A DNA stretch of 23,287 nt from Verrucomicrobiales bacterium (lineage in GTDB: Bacteria > Verrucomicrobiota > Verrucomicrobiia > Verrucomicrobiales > V1-33), in assembly GCA_031411295.1 (NCBI GenBank), contig JANOAV010000005.1:1-23287 (forward strand), in the 5' to 3' direction. Within the stretch, counting starts at the first letter, position 1. The number at the start of each line of letters is the position of its first letter. This document shows, in pieces, positions 1 to 7,491 of this stretch. Made by a program: the position numbers and the translations under genes. A model generated the notes under the pieces. The model was given only the letters and a program-made list of their open reading frames with translations. It was not told the origin of the DNA and searched no databases.

Positions 1-85
1 TGCCGGGATGCGGTCATTTCGTTGGGATACCGGGGGTATCGCTATCGCTCAACCCCCGGCTAATTTCTGTCAAGCCTCCGGCTTG
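1..85. repeat. Multi-hairpin palindromic (REP-like) intergenic element, truncated at the window start
   Basis: Stem CCGGGGGT (30-37) pairs with ACCCCCGG (52-59) around ATCGCTATCGCTCA. A second hairpin CAAGCC-TCC-GGCTTG is at 71-85. GGGATGC at 5-11 looks like the right arm of a hairpin cut by the edge. It resembles, from memory, composite extragenic palindromes of PVC genomes. Confidence 0.6.
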
Positions 86-161
86 AATCTGATAAGACCT
101 CATCATGAACGCAACTTAGAATTAGACCATTTCGATTATGAAATCGCTATTTTTGCACGCT

Positions 162-263
162 CAAGGAGCGGGGCTTTGAAAGCCCCGCACCCAAGCATGG
201 GCAGTGGTTAGCGAGCATTGCGATCCCAGCATGATGGCAGGGCTTTCAAAGCCCTGCTCCTTG
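162..263. repeat. Inverted pair of GGAG-type REP elements (REPIN-like doublet)
   Basis: CAAGGAGCGGGGCTTTGAAAGCCCCGC (162-188) and GCAGGGCTTTCAAAGCCCTGCTCCTTG (237-263) are reverse complements at 25/27 positions. Each is itself a hairpin with GGAG at the foot. The spacer is 48 bp. Confidence 0.8.
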
Positions 264-288
264 GGAAAAGGCCCGCGCAAATCCCCGC

Positions 289-2835
289 TTACATCCGTGG
301 TCGCCATTCGTCGTCGATTTGCCCCATCTGCTCGATTGGCAGCGGCTTGAATCCTAGCTTGAACGCTGGGGACTCCGGTTTTAAGCGGAAGTCGTCTTTC
401 GCAGCATCCATGAACAACGGATCGGCTACCAGACTGGATTTATCCCAGCCTTCGGCCTGCCAGGAGGCCCATTCATTTAGCGGAGCGGCTTCGTAGATGC
501 GGACGTCGTCGATGAGAATTTGTCCGGTCTCGTTCATGCAATCCAGGCGCAGCCAGAAGTCCGTCATCCAGGGTTTCCAGACAGCGGAACCTTGCGCAGG
601 CAGCGTGGCACTGGTTTCCACTACCTGCCATTGCGAGGTGACGGCCAGCACGTTGCTCTTGCCCTGCCAATAGCCACCACCATTTTTAAACATCGCGAGG
701 GAGGTCTGCACCGAGCTGGTGGGTTCAGTGCTTTTGATCTTGAAGCGTGCCCGATAGGCGGCACCTGCCTTGGCGGGGACATCCGGGCCGTGAAACGTGG
801 TGTGCTTTTGTTTGGGATCATCGCTGGTGCCACAATCGGCCTGCAAGGCTCCGTCCACGACGATTAATTTCAGCGTGGGTTGGGGGCGCGCGTTGAAGCC
901 CCAGCCTTTGGGTGTTTCATTCGCTTTGCTGCTAGCAAATTTTTCCTCTAACAAGGCCGGTCCTTGATCCGGCCCAGTTTTGTTCAAGCCGGTGCCAATG
1001 GGATGTCCGCTGTTCCACACTAGATTCCCATCAATCGTATTCCATTTGGCGGTCACGTTTCGCAGGTCACCATACTTCACGTCGGGACTGTTGGAGAACA
1101 TGATGTTGCGACGAATGATGTCGCCACTGGCCATGGTGCCATCATCGCGAATGGCATCGCGCGGATGCAGGTCCATGCCGCGCATGGCCTTCCAGGCGGG
1201 TTGGCCGCTGACGGACTCATAGCCTTTGACCATGGAATCGAAATGGCTCTTGAAGAAACTGTCTTCCTTCCGCCATCCGTGCAGATCGAATTGGTAAGCT
1301 CCGCCGTCAGCCAAAATGTTGTTCTCGACCAAGCAATCGCGCGAGTTATGCAAGTGGATGGGCGACTTAGCGATGCGGTAAACCAAGTTCCCAATGATAT
1401 CCACGCCACCGGTATTATCGTCCGGATAGAGGCCGAAGGTAAACCACGGATGCTTCAAGCCCGTAGCTTCCTGACCGCAGCCCACAACGTCATGGATGCG
1501 ATTATAGCGCCAGCTGCTACCGCGTCCGCCCAACCAATCGCGCCCGCCGGTATAGATGGCTCCGCCGTCCTGCGTTTCCAGGCAGAGGTGGTGCAGGTGG
1601 TTGTATTCGATGATGATATTATTTCCTGACATCTGCACGCCCATGCGGGGACCATCGTGAATGTGATTATGGGCGATGATGTGGCCCACCCCATTCGCTG
1701 CGACTCCGCAGGCGTTCTTGTTGAACACTCCCATGTGATGGATGTGGTTGTTGGTCGCCTTGTTAGCCGCAGGCGTCAGGGTGATGCGATCTCCTCCGTT
1801 CAAACTGATTCCCGTGCTCCCGGTGTAACCGATTTCGTTACTGCGCGCCTCGTTGTTGCTGCCACCATTGAGACTGATGGCGCTACCGTTGAAATCCCCC
1901 ACTTTATCAAAGGTGCAGCCAAGCACACTGCAATCCGTGGTGTTATTCATGGTGATAGCGGTGTTATTGCAGCCAGTGAACCCCAGCCCGGAGATCCGAA
2001 TTTGCTTCGCTCCCGCCTTGATTTCGATGAAACTACTCAAGGTAACTAACCGCACTTCTTTTCCCTCCATGGGAACGGGCGGCCAGAAATAAAGCGTCTT
2101 GGTGCGGGGATCCAGGAACCATTCGCCCGGGGCATCCAATTCCTCCAGCGCATTCTGGAAATGGTATCGATTGTGTGGGTGGAGGTCGTAACTGCAGGGC
2201 TTGGCCAGCGTTAGCTTTCGGGTGTTGGCATCCATTGCTTTGACTGGCATCACGAAATTCCACCAACCGTATTGCGCAAAGATATCGATCTCCACATCCT
2301 CAGGATGGGCCCAAGTGCGCAGGTCTTGCGGTTTCACAAATAACGTCGATTTCCAATCATGCCCTGCCGGAGCCCCGCTCGCAGGAAAGGCCTCGACGAA
2401 CGCCCAGCCGCCATAGAGCGGATCCGCCGCATCCACATTGGGATAGCGTGCCAGAGTCATCCGTTGATCACCGAAGAGCAATTGGCGCAACTTCATGCCG
2501 GGCTTCACGATGGAGGAAACATCTGCCTGTAGGATTTCACCCTGATACTTCGTGAAACCATTCACCAAGCTGCCCCCTCGCAACCTCGCTGATTTCCCCG
2601 CCGCAGCACGAATCGTCAGGTCCGAGTCCTGCGCTTCCAGCGTCAATGGACTCGCTATTTCCAGGCGTGCCTCGTCCACTGTTATCACGGCCGGTCCCTG
2701 CTCTCCGGCGGCTCGCTTGGCGCGAATTACCTGGCACGCTGCGGCTAGACCACGATCTCGATTCACAGAGACTTCAATCGCGGAGTGAAGCGGAACAGGG
2801 ATGCAAAACAAGACGCAGAGAGCAGTAAATTTCAT
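289..2835 (-). CDS. Secreted right-handed parallel beta-helix protein (GH141/GH110-like or lyase-like fold) with a CBM4/9-like insert
   Basis: 864-aa ORF; the start is probably MKFTALCVLFCIPVPLHSA at 2835 (signal-peptide-like). Motifs LARYPN, NALEELDAPGEWFLD, repeated NHIHH/NHIHD rungs, DGGAIY, GLYPDD and the C-terminal ADPLF..DFRLKPESPAFKLGF cap. Confidence 0.8.
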   Translation of the reverse strand: MKFTALCVLFCIPVPLHSAIEVSVNRDRGLAAACQVIRAKRAAGEQGPAVITVDEARLEIASPLTLEAQDSDLTIRAAAGKSARLRGGSLVNGFTKYQGEILQADVSSIVKPGMKLRQLLFGDQRMTLARYPNVDAADPLYGGWAFVEAFPASGAPAGHDWKSTLFVKPQDLRTWAHPEDVEIDIFAQYGWWNFVMPVKAMDANTRKLTLAKPCSYDLHPHNRYHFQNALEELDAPGEWFLDPRTKTLYFWPPVPMEGKEVRLVTLSSFIEIKAGAKQIRISGLGFTGCNNTAITMNNTTDCSVLGCTFDKVGDFNGSAISLNGGSNNEARSNEIGYTGSTGISLNGGDRITLTPAANKATNNHIHHMGVFNKNACGVAANGVGHIIAHNHIHDGPRMGVQMSGNNIIIEYNHLHHLCLETQDGGAIYTGGRDWLGGRGSSWRYNRIHDVVGCGQEATGLKHPWFTFGLYPDDNTGGVDIIGNLVYRIAKSPIHLHNSRDCLVENNILADGGAYQFDLHGWRKEDSFFKSHFDSMVKGYESVSGQPAWKAMRGMDLHPRDAIRDDGTMASGDIIRRNIMFSNSPDVKYGDLRNVTAKWNTIDGNLVWNSGHPIGTGLNKTGPDQGPALLEEKFASSKANETPKGWGFNARPQPTLKLIVVDGALQADCGTSDDPKQKHTTFHGPDVPAKAGAAYRARFKIKSTEPTSSVQTSLAMFKNGGGYWQGKSNVLAVTSQWQVVETSATLPAQGSAVWKPWMTDFWLRLDCMNETGQILIDDVRIYEAAPLNEWASWQAEGWDKSSLVADPLFMDAAKDDFRLKPESPAFKLGFKPLPIEQMGQIDDEWRPRM

Positions 2836-3020
2836 AAAATTAAATGTCAGGCAGGGACGCGGCTCGGCAGCTTGGAACAGCATTCGAGCCTTCGCAAGTC
2901 ACCCAGATGGGGGAACTCAGGAGGGTTGCGGGGGCGGCATAACCGGTCGTGTGGCATTTTCCTCCGTCCACAGAATCTCATTGCCCTCCGGGTGCGGTTC
3001 CGTCAGAGTCAGCTCTGTTT

Positions 3021-3734
3021 ATGAATAGATTTAGCAATTACCTAACATATGATTGGCATGCGCTCATGCCGCACCCTTGGGCCAATTTCTGGTTGGTGCT
3101 CGTAGCGGCGTGCTGTGGCGCGGTGGTGGGCATTGAGCGGGAACGCAAAGAGAAGCCAACTGGCACTCGCACGCTGGCGCTGGTGAGTCTGGGGTCCTGC
3201 ATCTTTACGCTGCTTTCGAACTACCTGGGGAATCGGGATGGGCACATTGCCGCTAACATCATTTCCGGGATCGGGTTTCTCGGGGCCGGGGTGATCATCC
3301 ACGGCCGTTATGGCATCATTGGTCTCACCAGTGCGGCCACCATCTGGGCCATGGCAGCCATTGGCATGACGGTGGGGGCGGGCTTTGCCGGTGCCGGAAT
3401 TGGGTTGAGTTTGCTGGTGCTGTTGCTGCTGGGATTGGTCGGCACCCTGGAACGCCGCTATGTGGGACCATGCCAACTGTTGCTGCTTGAGGTTACCTTT
3501 GATCTGGCGGGCGGTAAGACGCTGATTCGGCTCGAAGCGCTGCTTGATGAGTTTGATTCCCCTGGCATCAGCCTTCGGTCCAACGCAGTCTCGGGAGAAC
3601 ACGGCACGGCCACGATCCGCTACTGCAGCAGCCACCGGCATCACCGAGTCTTGCTTTCACGCATTGCGGAAATGCCTGAAATGCAGATCATCAGTCGCCA
3701 TGCGCCCCCCCCGGCTAAAAGTGGGCGGGCGTGA
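3021..3734 (+). CDS. MgtC/SapB family membrane protein
   Basis: GAVVGIERERKEKPTGTRTLALVSLGS, IAANIISGIGFLGAGVI and GLTSAATIWAMAAIGMTVGAG are hallmark MgtC motifs. ATG at 3021 is preferred over GTG at 2949. Confidence 0.9.
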   Translation: MNRFSNYLTYDWHALMPHPWANFWLVLVAACCGAVVGIERERKEKPTGTRTLALVSLGSCIFTLLSNYLGNRDGHIAANIISGIGFLGAGVIIHGRYGIIGLTSAATIWAMAAIGMTVGAGFAGAGIGLSLLVLLLLGLVGTLERRYVGPCQLLLLEVTFDLAGGKTLIRLEALLDEFDSPGISLRSNAVSGEHGTATIRYCSSHRHHRVLLSRIAEMPEMQIISRHAPPPAKSGRA

Positions 3735-3752
3735 ATTGCTCCAAGTCGATCC

Positions 3753-5000
3753 CTAACGCACCGGCATGGCTTCACTGGCAGGGATCTGGCTGCGGAGTAG
3801 TTGCCCGACTTTCCCCGTGAGCCAAAGATAATGATCGCTGGGCAGTTCCGGTTCGGCCAGAAAGGGGCTGGCTCCCACGGGCGGGTGCTGGTTGGTTTTG
3901 AAAATGGCGGTGCCCTCATCCATTTCATCGAACATGGCGACGTAGATCATCTGCGCTCCGGCCTGTTTAGCCGCCAGGGCTTGGCTCCAGAGGAACTTGC
4001 CGCCCTGTCGGGGGATCTGATTGAACTTGGCATCCTTGCCCCGGCCTTTCTGCAAATTCTGCCAACTGAACCCTGGGAAGATCACCGGCAGGTAGTCATT
4101 TTTCATTTCCTGACATTTCGCCAGATCCGGCTTGAGCGTGGATTCCACGCGCTTGGCGGCATCCTGCGGGGTGCCATAGCGGCCCACGGTCCAGGGACTA
4201 ACGATGTCTGCGGTCGCAATGATATCGTGTAATTTCGCGTCTTTGATGCTGTCATTCTTTAGGGTGCGCCAGTAATTCGGCACTCCCAGCATGATCGAAT
4301 ACCCGCCGAACTCAGGATTGTGACGGAGAAATTCGATCAACCCCACCCACTCGTCCAGCATCGGGTCCCGGTCGTTGAATCCCAGGCCCCACAAGGCAAC
4401 CAAGGGTTTGCCGTGGTGCCGGAAATACGCCGGATCTTCCTTGCCCCGGGGCACGCGACCTTCCTGCACCAACCGCTTCCAGTCCTCATAGACCGCATTT
4501 ATTTGCCCCGCCTTGAGGCCGGACAAATCATACATCAAGCACCAACCGCGGCCAGTAGCCTTGGCCGCCGCTCGACAGTGGTCCAGCACCTGATCCATGG
4601 GTTGGCGATAACGGGGGTCGCGCGTGCTGGTGGCGAACCGCTGCAGGAAGGCCCCGTCGATCCCGTAGTCCTGCATCCATTTGAAATGCAGCTCCACCAC
4701 GGATTTCCGCGCGGAGCTGAAGACCTCGGCGCCCGTGCCATCGGCAAATTTGAACGGTGTGGCAAAACGATCCGCGGCCGGAATTTCCGTGACCTCTGGC
4801 CAGATCTCGATACCCGATTGCCCAGGGGCAAATTTCCCTCCACTCGCATAATGACTCCACCCATTATTCGCTCCATCGCCCTCGCACCGGAACCATCCCT
4901 GGTAGCCGCAGACAACTTTGCCAGTGAGCGTGGACACATCCACGGGGGCAGCAGCCAAGGGGACGAGGAGCAGGGAGAGCGATAGCAGAAGACGGATCAT
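3753..5000 (-). CDS. Secreted glycoside hydrolase, GH71/GH99-like
   Basis: Signal peptide MIRLLLSLSLLLVPLAAA; motifs GYQGWF, HFKWMQDYGIDGAFLQRF, PVIFPGFSW and YVAMFDEMDEGT (ExxE, as in GH71/GH99-like barrels). Confidence 0.8.
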   Translation of the reverse strand: MIRLLLSLSLLLVPLAAAPVDVSTLTGKVVCGYQGWFRCEGDGANNGWSHYASGGKFAPGQSGIEIWPEVTEIPAADRFATPFKFADGTGAEVFSSARKSVVELHFKWMQDYGIDGAFLQRFATSTRDPRYRQPMDQVLDHCRAAAKATGRGWCLMYDLSGLKAGQINAVYEDWKRLVQEGRVPRGKEDPAYFRHHGKPLVALWGLGFNDRDPMLDEWVGLIEFLRHNPEFGGYSIMLGVPNYWRTLKNDSIKDAKLHDIIATADIVSPWTVGRYGTPQDAAKRVESTLKPDLAKCQEMKNDYLPVIFPGFSWQNLQKGRGKDAKFNQIPRQGGKFLWSQALAAKQAGAQMIYVAMFDEMDEGTAIFKTNQHPPVGASPFLAEPELPSDHYLWLTGKVGQLLRSQIPASEAMPVR

Positions 5001-5138
5001 GGCTCAACCAATCCACGTGGGCGCGCAGGGCCAACTGAAATTTACGTAATCGCCCGAATTCCCAAATCCAATTGATGTCCGCTCAATCGCTTGACCCATG
5101 TCACCGCGCATGCAGTATGCGCGATACTATCTCCCATT

Positions 5139-6857
5139 ATGAAAAAGAAATCTGCTCCCACTAGCGCGTCTAGCAAATCCACCTCTCTTCATCGTCACTG
5201 GTCCGGTCCCATGATGGACGGGGTCGATCGGGCGGCCAGTCGCGCCATGTTGCACGCGGTGGGATTTAATCGGGGTGATTTCCAGAAATCGCAGATCGGA
5301 ATTGCCAGCACCTGGGCGCAGGTCACGCCCTGTAATATGCACATCGACAAGTTGGCGCTGGAATCTGCCAAGGGCGTGAATGCCGCTGGTGCCAAAGCCA
5401 TCATTTTCAACACCATCACCATTTCCGATGGCATTTCCATGGGCACCGAAGGCATGAAATATAGTCTTGTTAGCCGGGAAGTAATTGCCGATTCCATCGA
5501 GACCGTGGTGGGCTGTGAGAACCTGGACGGTCTCGTGGCGATCGGTGGTTGTGACAAAAATATGCCCGGCTGCTTGATCGCCATGGCGCGGCTGGATCGG
5601 CCCAGTGTATTCGTGTATGGCGGCACCATTTTGCCCGGCTGTTTTGAAGGCAAGGACGTGGACATCGTGAGCGTGTTCGAAGCCTGCGGCAAACATGCCT
5701 CCGGCCAGATCACCGACGCGCAGCTCCAAGGCATTGAAGAAACCGCCATTCCGGGTCCAGGTTCCTGCGGCGGCATGTATACCGCTAACACCATGGCCAG
5801 CGCCATTGAAGCGCTGGGCATGAGTTTGCCTAACAGCTCCGCACAGGCTGCCATCAGCCATGAGAAACTAATGGATTGCTTCGATGCCGGAGCCGCCGTG
5901 ATGAACATGATCACCCGCGGCATCCGCCCCAGCCATATCCTTTGCAAAGAGTCCTTCGAAAACGCCATCGCGCTGATCACCGCGTTGGGCGGCAGCACCA
6001 ATGCCGTGCTGCACCTGCTGGCCATGGCCTATGCGGCGGGCGTGAAATTGAGCATTGATGACTTCACCCGCATCGGTGCGCGCACCCCAGTGCTGGCGGA
6101 TCTGCGCCCCAGCGGCAAGCACGCCATGGCCGATCTGGTGAAAATCGGTGGCACCCTGCCGCTGATGAAAATTCTGCTAGCCGAAGGCCTGATGCATGGC
6201 GACGTCCTCACGGTCACTGGCAAAACGATGAAAGAAAACCTCAGCAAAGTGAAAGCCACCTATCCGAAAGGCCAGACGGTGATTCGCTCGCTGAAGGATC
6301 CGATCAAACCCGAAGGCCACTTGGTGATCCTTTACGGAAACCTGGCGCCCGAGGGTGCGGTGGCAAAAATTTCCGGTAAAGAAGGCCTGACCTTTAAAGG
6401 CACCGCCCGCGTCTTCGACAGCGAAGAAGCCGGCATGACCGCCATCATGGATGGCAAGATCCAAAAGGGCGACGTGATCGTGATCCGCATGGAAGGCCCG
6501 GTGGGCGGTCCAGGGATGCGGGAAATGCTGGGGCCAACCAGTGCCGTCATGGGACGCGGACTCGGCAAGGACGTGGCGCTCGTTACCGACGGACGTTTCT
6601 CCGGCGGCAGCCACGGCTTCGTGGTCGGCCACATCAGCCCGGAAGCTTACGTGGGCGGCCCACTGGCCATTGTGAAGAATGGCGACACCATCAGCATCGA
6701 CGCCAGCAAACGGAAGATTAACCTTGAAGTGCCAGCCGCAGAAATTGCCAAACGCAAAGCCGCCTGGAAACAACCCAAGCCCCGCTACACCAAAGGCGTG
6801 CTAGCCAAATACGCCAAATGCGTCAGCAGCGCCTCCAAGGGTGCCGTGACGGATTAA
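5139..6857 (+). CDS. ilvD: Dihydroxy-acid dehydratase
   Basis: [64 protein letters not shown] and [14 protein letters not shown] at 5139 (MKKKS) is preferred over TTG at 5091. Confidence 0.97.
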   Translation: MKKKSAPTSASSKSTSLHRHWSGPMMDGVDRAASRAMLHAVGFNRGDFQKSQIGIASTWAQVTPCNMHIDKLALESAKGVNAAGAKAIIFNTITISDGISMGTEGMKYSLVSREVIADSIETVVGCENLDGLVAIGGCDKNMPGCLIAMARLDRPSVFVYGGTILPGCFEGKDVDIVSVFEACGKHASGQITDAQLQGIEETAIPGPGSCGGMYTANTMASAIEALGMSLPNSSAQAAISHEKLMDCFDAGAAVMNMITRGIRPSHILCKESFENAIALITALGGSTNAVLHLLAMAYAAGVKLSIDDFTRIGARTPVLADLRPSGKHAMADLVKIGGTLPLMKILLAEGLMHGDVLTVTGKTMKENLSKVKATYPKGQTVIRSLKDPIKPEGHLVILYGNLAPEGAVAKISGKEGLTFKGTARVFDSEEAGMTAIMDGKIQKGDVIVIRMEGPVGGPGMREMLGPTSAVMGRGLGKDVALVTDGRFSGGSHGFVVGHISPEAYVGGPLAIVKNGDTISIDASKRKINLEVPAAEIAKRKAAWKQPKPRYTKGVLAKYAKCVSSASKGAVTD

Positions 6858-6918
6858 CCCAGGAGGACCGACCTTCTTTCAACCAGTCTCCGGCTGCAAA
6901 ACAAGGACTCCTTGCTAG

Positions 6919-6948
6919 TTGCGCGCCCATCAAAGCTCACTCTAAACT
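6919..6948 (+). promoter_or_regulatory. Putative sigma70 promoter giving a leaderless HIT transcript
   Basis: TTGCGC (6919-6924)-N18-TAAACT (6943-6948)-N7-ATG (6956). Confidence 0.45.
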
Positions 6949-6955
6949 AGCGGAA

Positions 6956-7378
6956 ATGAATGAATTCATCCTCCATGAGCGCCTTGCCGCTGGTTCTGCT
7001 GATCTGGGTCGGCATGGGATTTGTCGCGTCCTGCTGAAGAATCAGGCGCATTTCCTTTGGATCGTGCTGGTGCCGGAAGTTCCGGTATCGGTGGTGGAAT
7101 TGCATCATTTGTCAGAGGCAGAATATGCTTCCGTGGCGCAATCCATGCGGACGTTCTCGGCATTGGTGGAGGAAAATTTTCCGGTGGATAAAATCAACGT
7201 AGCCAGCATCGGGAACCAAGTGAACCAATTGCACATCCATGTGGTGGGACGGAGGAAAGATGACATTGCCTGGCCGGGAGTGGTTTGGGCGTGCACCGAG
7301 AAGCTTGCCTATGAACCATCGGAGTGGGTGCGGCGGCAGGAGGTCATTCGTCAAGCGATGCTGGGTCGTGACGCTTGA
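6956..7378 (+). CDS. HIT family protein
   Basis: KINVASIGNQVNQLHIHVVGRRKDDIAWPGVVW is a HIT-like motif (QxHxH variant). The family-typical N-terminus MNEFILHERL begins at ATG 6956. Confidence 0.85.
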   Translation: MNEFILHERLAAGSADLGRHGICRVLLKNQAHFLWIVLVPEVPVSVVELHHLSEAEYASVAQSMRTFSALVEENFPVDKINVASIGNQVNQLHIHVVGRRKDDIAWPGVVWACTEKLAYEPSEWVRRQEVIRQAMLGRDA

Positions 7379-7406
7379 ACTCCCTTTTGCGATGCCGCTC
7401 ATGCGA

Positions 7407-7438
7407 TGCAGGTTAGCCGGAGGCAAAACCTGCACTAC
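7407..7438 (-). repeat. Single GTAG-type REP-like hairpin between convergent genes
   Basis: The minus strand reads GTAG-TGCAGGTT-TT-GCC-TCC-GGC-T-AACCTGCA: a GTAG tetranucleotide directly followed by an 8-bp stem with an inner GCC/GGC stem. Confidence 0.55.
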
Positions 7439-7491
7439 TTTGGAAAGTCCGTTCTGATCGGATTGGGTCGCAGAGCACTTCTCCGGAGAAC

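Noticed and set aside
8..496. Short ORFs 8-211 and 218-496
   Set aside because: They run through palindromic repeats or antisense to the beta-helix gene and show no protein features.
5105..5123. Inverted repeat CGCGCAT-N5-ATGCGCG before ilvD as an attenuator
   Set aside because: There is no Ile/Leu/Val-rich leader peptide, T-box or U-tract. It could be an operator, but nothing supports that.
6893..6921. GCTGCAAAAC upstream of the HIT gene as a third ECF site, and a CAAGG/CCTTG hairpin as the ilvD terminator
   Set aside because: The match is only 8/10 with no GAT at the required spacing. The stem is 5 bp with no U-tract.
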